Below are positions 1-6,600 of a DNA stretch of 13,391 nt, in pieces. Positions within the stretch are counted from its first letter, which is position 1. Each line of letters starts with the position of its first letter. Source of the stretch: a bacterium (GTDB taxonomy: Bacteria > Zhuqueibacterota > Zhuqueibacteria > Oceanimicrobiales > Oceanimicrobiaceae); contig JBHHXN010000144.1 of assembly GCA_046757025.1 (NCBI GenBank), positions 1 through 13,391 on the forward strand, read 5' to 3'. A program made the translations under genes and the position numbers. The notes under the pieces were generated by a model. The model was not told the origin of the DNA. It made no database searches and worked only from the letters and a program-made list of their open reading frames with translations.

Positions 1-182
1 AAAAAATGCGTGGAAGTAAAAAAGTGGGTGTTTTTCTTGATCGGTTTCAGCGCTTCCAGCGAGATGGATTTGTTAATGCTCTGGTCCAACCAGATTGGCT
101 GAGCCGACACGTCCAGAAAAGAAAAAAAGATACCAACGAATAGGACTACTAAATGTATGATAAAAAGTGTAGCTTTAGGCAT
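1..182 (-). CDS. Exported protein of unknown function, 5' part only (runs off the left edge); possibly an outer-membrane protein
   Basis: Not in the ORF track. The minus strand from ATG at 182 reads MPKATLFIIHLVVLFVGIFFSFLDVSAQPIWLDQSINKSISLEALKPIKKNTHFFTSTHF... with no stop before the edge. AAGGAGG lies 5 nt upstream. It has a Sec-type signal peptide (Lys, hydrophobic core, VSA|Q). The outer-membrane guess is weak inference. Confidence 0.85.
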   Translation of the reverse strand, partial: MPKATLFIIHLVVLFVGIFFSFLDVSAQPIWLDQSINKSISLEALKPIKKNTHFFTSTHF

Positions 183-187
183 GGTTC

Positions 188-194
188 CCTCCTT
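188..194 (-). promoter_or_regulatory. Shine-Dalgarno site (AAGGAGG) for the left-edge CDS
   Basis: + strand cctcctt at 188-194 reads AAGGAGG on the minus strand, 5 nt before the ATG at 182. Confidence 0.85.
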
Positions 195-226
195 TTATGT
201 AAAATGATTAGATTTCTGTAAAATGA

Positions 227-446
227 GGTGTTCAACCTTCAGAGACTGTGTGAAAAGTCAACTTCCGGGCTTTTGTCATTCCCCGCTTTGCGGGACAGGC
301 AGGAGGAATCTTTTTAGTTTTGAAGTAAAGTGCTGTTTATTAAAAAGAATCTTACAGAATAACTTCAACCGCGTGTTTAGTTTAGAGTTGATTTGTCGAT
401 TTTTCACACAGTCGCTTCAGGTTGCTGCAGGCTGAAGCCGAACACC
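227..446. repeat. REP-like inverted doublet (REPIN-like), left unit interrupted by a MITE
   Basis: Removing 242-415 and one TTCA copy restores GGTGTT-CAACC-TTCA-GGTTG-ctg-CAGGC-TGAA-GCC-GAACACC. This is two inverted ~20-bp hairpin units with complementary GGTGTTC/GAACACC ends. Confidence 0.7.
242..415. mobile_element. 174-bp non-autonomous MITE-like element with terminal inverted repeats and a 4-bp target duplication (TTCA)
   Basis: The TIR core gactgtgtgaaaa (244-256) / ttttcacacagtc (401-413) is a perfect 13-bp inverted repeat, and 17/19 over 244-262 vs 395-413. TTCA flanks both sides (238-241, 416-419). No transposase-length ORF lies inside. Confidence 0.75.
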
Positions 447-606
447 CCTTGGTAATTTCATTTTGCAGAAACCTCTTAATAGGATTTTAATACAGATTTA
501 TGAATGTCACAATCGCGCAGTTGCTTAAGCCTGCTTCAAAATCGTTTTCAAGCTGATCATATCTGTGGAAAAAGACACCACGATTTCAATGAATCCCCGT
601 GCAGGC

Positions 607-1941
607 TCAGTTCTGATTCAGCAGCGGGAGAGCAGGATTCAGCGGCTCTAAGCCTCGCTCAGGATGAAATTTGAAGCGCTGATATTTCTTTTTTCGGTTT
701 CGCACCAGCAACAGCATCTCTGTGGCGGGCGCCTGCAGGTCCACCGCAATGAGCTGGCCGTCATAACTCTCCCGAATGGATTTCACGGGTGTGTGCGCCA
801 CCACATGCAGCTCACTTTTAAAATGCTTGAGCACACGACGCAAATCGTTCTGCAATGTATCGCTTTTTACATAGCCTCGGTGCCAGAAAACGCTGTTGCT
901 GCTGAAGAAGAAGGCCTGACGATTGGCGATGAGCGCCGAATCGGCCGCACTGAAGGTTAACGTGTCGTTGAATAAATATTGAAAGATATCTTCGTTTAAA
1001 TAAGAATTCAAAATATCATTAAATGAATGGACCGAAAATGCCGTGTAAACCGGCGTCACCCCGCCGTGTGCCAACAGAATTTTGTCCATTTTTAAAATTC
1101 CGGGTTTGGAAGCCAGCCATCTGCCGAGGAGTGAATGATGCACATCAAACATATTTTGATAGTGCGTGTTGTGGGTCGTGGCAATCAACTTCTCCTTGCC
1201 CGAGAGATAGCGCAGATCCCCCACGAAGGTCATGATTTCGTGGTTGCCGAGCAAAACGTGCACTTTCCCACCCGCGCGTTCGGCCTGTCTTTCTAATTTG
1301 TAAAGCAGCCAGAGCGTGCGGGTCACATCAAATCCGCGGTCGAACAGATCGCCCAGCGCCACCAGATGTTTACGATGCCCCCGCCAATTCAGCTCCGCGT
1401 CGATCAAATTCGCGACGGTCAGCAATTTCACCAGATTCTCGAAATAACCGTGAATATCGCCCAGCACATAGATGGAATCCACCTTGCTGAAAACCGCTTT
1501 TGTTCGCTTATTCTTTAAATAAATGCTGGTAACATGGCGGTCGTCAGGATTGCTTTGCCCACCATAGCGTAACACAACTGAATTGAATTTGGGCCGTTTA
1601 AAAGTGACTGCATGCGCCTGCGACAACGGCGTGGTGAAATCGTACAACTTATGACCGTCCTTTAAAACGCTTAAAAAGCCGGAGTCGGCCGGCGTGGTAA
1701 TCCAGTGTACGGTAATTTCGCCATCCATGATTTGCACCCACAGGCCGTATTCGCCGTTAAAGTTAAACCTGGAGGAGGATTTCGCCTGGTAGGAAACGCT
1801 GCGAACGGCCTTTTTGAGTGGAATGGGGGGTTCGCTGGAGAAGGTGGTTGCGGAATGACTCAACGTGCACACCAGCGCCAGACACAAAACGCCGCCGAAA
1901 CGCATCCGTTCAGGTATGCGATTCAAATTTATTGATATCAT
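607..1941 (-). CDS. Exported calcineurin-like metallophosphoesterase, PPP family, Shewanella-like phosphatase (Shelph) type; start may be Met13 at 1905
   Basis: Carries the ordered PPP motifs GDIHG, GDLFDRG, GNHE, HGG, (A)HTP, plus Shelph-like FWHRGY and IAVD. The N-terminus is signal-peptide-like (MRFGGVLCLALVCTLSHSA), and a ~100-aa beta-rich segment precedes the catalytic domain. Confidence 0.9.
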   Translation of the reverse strand: MISINLNRIPERMRFGGVLCLALVCTLSHSATTFSSEPPIPLKKAVRSVSYQAKSSSRFNFNGEYGLWVQIMDGEITVHWITTPADSGFLSVLKDGHKLYDFTTPLSQAHAVTFKRPKFNSVVLRYGGQSNPDDRHVTSIYLKNKRTKAVFSKVDSIYVLGDIHGYFENLVKLLTVANLIDAELNWRGHRKHLVALGDLFDRGFDVTRTLWLLYKLERQAERAGGKVHVLLGNHEIMTFVGDLRYLSGKEKLIATTHNTHYQNMFDVHHSLLGRWLASKPGILKMDKILLAHGGVTPVYTAFSVHSFNDILNSYLNEDIFQYLFNDTLTFSAADSALIANRQAFFFSSNSVFWHRGYVKSDTLQNDLRRVLKHFKSELHVVAHTPVKSIRESYDGQLIAVDLQAPATEMLLLVRNRKKKYQRFKFHPERGLEPLNPALPLLNQN

Positions 1942-2003
1942 CGAGAAAGTTTTCTATGAATTGTCGACAAACTTTAATCCCCTGAGTGAAAATTGCCTCT
2001 CGG

Positions 2004-2957
2004 TTAGAAGGTTTTAATTTTACCTTTGTGCACTCGTTTTAACAAATCTTGCAATCGTCTGTGCACACCTTTGATCTCAAATTCCGTCAATCCGAATTGC
2101 ACAACGTTATTAGAAATTCGAACGCCTTTTTTAGGATCGAGATTTTCAGTGTGTTGGACTTCCACCAGGTTGTCGCCTTTAAAAGTGAACTGAGCGACGA
2201 CCCCCAGGGTTTTTTGCAGGTCTTGCAGTGTGATTTTTCGAAGTTTTTCCACCGTCGCCGCGGGGAGTTTTTTTACTCGCATGTCCTGCCATTCATAACC
2301 GCGATCACTCTTGATGTTGTTGAATGCCATGCCGTTGTCAACAGCAAATACTCTCAAATTGGCGGGGTCAGTGGAGATCAAAAAATTACCCACGTTTGAG
2401 TCGCTGTGTTTGATTAAATAAGAAAGTATGTTCATATTCCCCAAATGCATAGCATAATATTCGTTGGTTTTGAATAATTTCTTGTCGTAGATATTTTTGT
2501 TGGTGACGTTTTCCAACCAGTATTGCAAAACAAATAGCACACAGGGAATTTTCTTAAAGGTCGGTTTCACATTGGGTTCGATTTCACGGTATTTCTCGAT
2601 GGAAAAAAAACGCGCAACCGTCGGAGGAACCACATAATATTCAGGCTGCAGAAACAGCTTCTGCAGCTGGTAAGCGGCTATTTCATAGCGCGGCTGATTG
2701 TTCACGGCCTGGCCTTTAGAGGGACCGCGCTTCCACTTCACGCGCATGTAAACCCCATCCTGCCACTTGATAATCATTTGTTTGGTGATATCCCCTTTAA
2801 ATCGCGAGTCTCTTTTGCGAAAAATATCAAAGGGCTCGTACTTCAAGCGCTGCTCAATATCGGCAATGGGAAATTGAATGTTGTTATCCTGCGCAATAAC
2901 CGGGGCGAAATTGCTGAGGATAAACTTGCTGATTATAAGGATAATAAACGTTCTCAT
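2004..2957 (-). CDS. Exported atypical kinase-fold protein (PI3/PI4K type II / FAM20 / HipA-like superfamily); frame is open upstream to 3134
   Basis: From Met at 2957: signal peptide MRTFIILIISKFILSNFAPVIA|QD. Then, in kinase order: RVKWK (beta3 Lys), RYEIAAYQL (alphaC Glu), VVPPTV, LQYW (hinge), SYLIKHSDSNVGNFLI (catalytic D-x4-N) and AVDNGMAF (DFG equivalent). The CDS is convincing; the kinase assignment is motif-based inference. Confidence 0.7.
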   Translation of the reverse strand: MRTFIILIISKFILSNFAPVIAQDNNIQFPIADIEQRLKYEPFDIFRKRDSRFKGDITKQMIIKWQDGVYMRVKWKRGPSKGQAVNNQPRYEIAAYQLQKLFLQPEYYVVPPTVARFFSIEKYREIEPNVKPTFKKIPCVLFVLQYWLENVTNKNIYDKKLFKTNEYYAMHLGNMNILSYLIKHSDSNVGNFLISTDPANLRVFAVDNGMAFNNIKSDRGYEWQDMRVKKLPAATVEKLRKITLQDLQKTLGVVAQFTFKGDNLVEVQHTENLDPKKGVRISNNVVQFGLTEFEIKGVHRRLQDLLKRVHKGKIKTF

Positions 2958-3294
2958 CGGACTTTTTATTTTGAAATACCGCGATTCAAAAAAAAGGTTG
3001 GAATATTGGACCATTTGACGCTTTTCCGCAGACCCAAACTGAGCGGTCGAATCATCCGAATCCATCACTTCCCGAAAAGCCTCATTTTTAAGAAATCCTC
3101 CGGTGGAAAATGGTTTACGTTCATCGCTTATCATTTCATCCCAAATCTAACCAAATTTTGCCAATTTGAAAAATGCTTCGAAAAACACACTAAACAGGCT
3201 GCCAACTTGAGCAACCCAAATCTGCTGGAAGTCGAGAAGGAAGGTATGTAAAAGAAAATTATCGAGATGTCAGCAATTTAGATTATCGCTTGAT

Positions 3295-3323
3295 AATATA
3301 ATTAACGCGACAGGACTTGTCAA
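3295..3323 (-). promoter_or_regulatory. Predicted sigma70-type promoter for the kinase-phosphatase unit
   Basis: Minus strand reads TTGACA (3323-3318), a 17-nt spacer, then TATATT (3300-3295): perfect -35, 5/6 -10 and optimal spacing, oriented toward the kinase gene. Confidence 0.7.
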
Positions 3324-3618
3324 GGGAAATCCGACCAAAAGGTCATTGTAATGTAAGGAATTCTGAATACTTTGCAAAATGGTGGTCTGGCGTAAAATCA
3401 AACACCGCAGCGAGCGAGTTAAAATAGAACGGTGAATAAAATTAGAGAAACTAACCCAAAGGCGGGTGCCAGGGAGGGCTGATCGCAAACTTCGTTCGTG
3501 AAACTTAACAAGCGGCATCACTGAATTCCAGGGGGAGAAATCCACACAGGCTCAACAATCTAACCTATGTCATTTTAATCGGCTTAAGAACACATTTTCA
3601 GTGTTGACGGATTCTACC

Positions 3619-6600
3619 CTATTTCAGAATCAGCATACGGCGAGTGGCTTGAAAGTCTTGCACTTTTATTTGATAAAGATAAATTCCAGACGGCGCCGGC
3701 AATCCGCGGGAATCACGCCCATCCCATTCAACCTCATATTGGCCCGGGACCATGGATTCATTGAGCAATTCTCGCACCAACTGTCCCAGAATATTATGAA
3801 TTCTCAATTCTACCTTTGCCTTGTTTTGCAAAACAGACGGAATCACAAATCGAATTTTGGTAGAGGGGTTGAACGGATTTGGATAATTTTGTTCAAGCGT
3901 GAAAACATCTGGCAAAGTCAATTGGGTTTGTTTATAAACAGGCAACAAAAAGCGGCTCCCGTTCATCAATCTCTCTGGCGCCAAAAAAGCGATTCCCACA
4001 ATTTTATCCTCCTTGCCCGTTAAGCGCGAAAGACTTTTACCGATTCCCGAATTAGGGTCGATTTTGATCAATTGCTTTTTCCCGGCCCCTGCAAATCCAA
4101 ACAACTTTCCATCGGGAGCAAAGGCAAGAGATTCAACGTGATCAAAGCCGATCTTGTGAGGCCGGTACGCCGATGTGTTGGTTCGACTCGAAGTATTGAT
4201 GACAACCAACCTCCCGGATTTGGTATCGACTCCATAAAGCACGGGCTTCCGATTGATTGAAAAAGCCAAACCACGAATATCTTTAAATCCCAGCCTTTTT
4301 ATTCTTTTCACCCGGCCGGAGGCGCGGTCGATCTTCACCAGTTCTTGCTCGTCATCATCAACACCATACAGTTCCCCCGTCACCGGATTCACCGCCAGAC
4401 TTTTGATGTCTTCTATTTCAATCCTTGTGAGATAGGTTGCCGTGACGCCTGTAGAAGAAGCCTTTCTAATATTCGCACTTTTTATTTTATAAATGGTGCC
4501 GTCGCTTTTGCGGGAAAGAAGGAGCACACAATTGGTTATAGGATCCCAGGTCATCGCCACGATTTTCTTTATTTTTTTCTTTTTCTTATCTTTGAAAAAA
4601 ATCGGACCAACTCGGGAGACGACAGGATTACTCGTGTGGAAGTCGATCTTTACCAGTTCGGTTTTATCTTCGGTGATGGCGTACAGAACGTTCGCTTGTG
4701 ACGATTGTTGTGGAAACCTTTTAAAGATCATGGTGTCGCTGCATGTCGAAACCGTACCCCAACTATCGGTAAATTTGGCTTCCAAATGAATCGTATTGGC
4801 GCCCATAGTCAATGGGATGATCGCCATCAGCGTATCCTTGACGGCAACGGCGCTGGTGCCATTGAATTTCCCCTGGGCTTGAATAGGCGGTACGCCGCCG
4901 CTGACTTTGAACACTCCCATGACTTTAATGCGAGCGTCCCGGATGATGGTGCCCGGTTCCGGCGGTAGAAATTCAACCTCACAAATCAGGGGCTTAGGTT
5001 TACGAAAAACGATTACCGAATCTGTGCAAACGGTCTGAGTGCCGCATTCGTCCAGAATGGAACAAGTAACGGTAAATCGGTTTTCTCCGAATTCCAAAGG
5101 CGCCAAAACCGAAAAGGCGTTTTGCGAAAGAGCCACAGATTTGCCATTTATTTGACACGAGACCGAAAAGGGCGGCTGCCCCCCTGACACTTCGATCCGT
5201 CCGCCGATGCGGATGCTTTCGTTGCTGATGGTGGTGTCGCCCTGTGGCGTTGAGATGGTCACAGCGCAAGCAAGAGGCTGAGGTCGATTTAGGATAATAG
5301 ATTGGTTAGAGGTCTTACTGACGCCGCGGGTATCCCCCACCGTGCTGTTCACGACCACTTGATTTTCTCCCGGAACGAGCGCGATGGTCGCGCTGAACAG
5401 GTTTCCCACTACTGTGGCGGGGACGCCATTCACTTCACAGGCGATAGAGTATGGTGGAATACCGCCATGGATGACAATTTCACCTGTTACGGTGCTATTT
5501 TCAGCACAGATGAGCTCGCCATTTTGAGGCGACGTTATCGTGGTTTGCATCGTCAGCTCCTCAAACGCGAAGCCTGTTAACTCGACGGTCACGATCTGCT
5601 CATCAGGGTCGTTGCTGGTTATTTCAAGCTCGGCTTTTTTAACGCCCGGTGCGTCTGGCTGGAATCGGATTTCGAAACTGGAGCTGGCGCCCGGCGGCAA
5701 AATGAACAAAGCATTCGCGGAGAGCAGCTCAAACTGGCTGGCATCGCTGCCGGACAGGTTCAAGACATTCACTTGAAGCGCTGCCACGCCGTCGTTGCTG
5801 ACCACAAAGGTTTTTGTTTCCACGCTTCCAATCAGCACCTTCCCGAAATCGTGATTTGCCGGATCCACCGTGATATCTGGTTGTAGCGGCGAAATGCCCT
5901 CTCCGGACAAGGTGACATTCAAGATGGCCTGATCGGGATCGTTGCTGAAAATCTGTAAATTGGCTTTTTTCGAACCTAAATCAGTCGGTTGAAAAATGAC
6001 GATGAGATTATGGCTTTCGCCTGGTATCAAAGTGATCATGCCGGAATTCGTTACGATTTTGAACTGATCGGAATAGGCACCAGAAAGGCTGATGGAATTC
6101 ACCGTTAAATCGGCTAAACCGCTGTTGGTAATGATAAAATTCTTGGTCGCCAGTGTACCAACCACCACAAGCCCATAATCATGACTGCTTGGACTAACCA
6201 CCATTTTGGGCTGCGGTAACGGCAGGCCCGTACCGGTCAATCCAATCTCTGCCAATGGGGTATCGGGATCGTTGCTGGCGACTTGCAAACTGGCTGTTTT
6301 TACGCCTTCCGATGCCGGCCGGAAGCGAATATCGAGCTTTTCGCTTTCCCCCGGCATCAGCGTGAACGACGTTCGACCGGACAGGAGCGCGAACTGGTCT
6401 AAATTTGCACCGGCTAAGCTCACGTTATTTACCAACAAATCGGCGCTGCCGTTGTTGGAAATGACAAACGATTTTGACGCAACGGATCCCTGCCTCACCT
6501 CGCCAAAGTCGTAATCAGCGGGCTGCACCGCGATGTTCGGCGCCGGCGCCGGCACGCCATTGCCCGTGAGCATGATACCAAACGTGGCCTGATCCGGATC

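Larger units (their letters stand above)
210..474. mobile_element. Outer inverted-repeat-bounded element (possible older MITE) enclosing a REP-like doublet
   Basis: agatttctgtaaaatga (210-226) and tcattttgcagaaacct (458-474) are 15/17 reverse-complementary and bracket the REP-like doublet. No clear target-site duplication is visible. Confidence 0.45.

Noticed and set aside
223..435. 70-aa + strand ORF
   Set aside because: It runs through the REP/MITE nest, has no SD or recognisable motif, and is best explained as a chance frame in repeat DNA.
1961..1970. Perfect 10-bp palindrome ttgtcgacaa between the kinase and phosphatase genes
   Set aside because: A single short palindrome is expected by chance in 13 kb, and there is no second copy or associated regulator.
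3060..3115. FLKNEAFREV resembling the N-terminus of FecR-like anti-sigma factors (possible gene remnant)
   Set aside because: The similarity covers only a few residues with nothing else to support it.
3455..3472. Possible sigma54 promoter (TGGCAC on the minus strand)
   Set aside because: The -12 element is missing: the sequence reads TGGCAC-CCGCC-TTTG rather than TTGC.
3270..3545. 91-aa minus-strand intergenic ORF
   Set aside because: No recognisable motif or clear SD, and it overlaps the predicted sigma70 promoter. It cannot be supported, though it is not strictly excluded.
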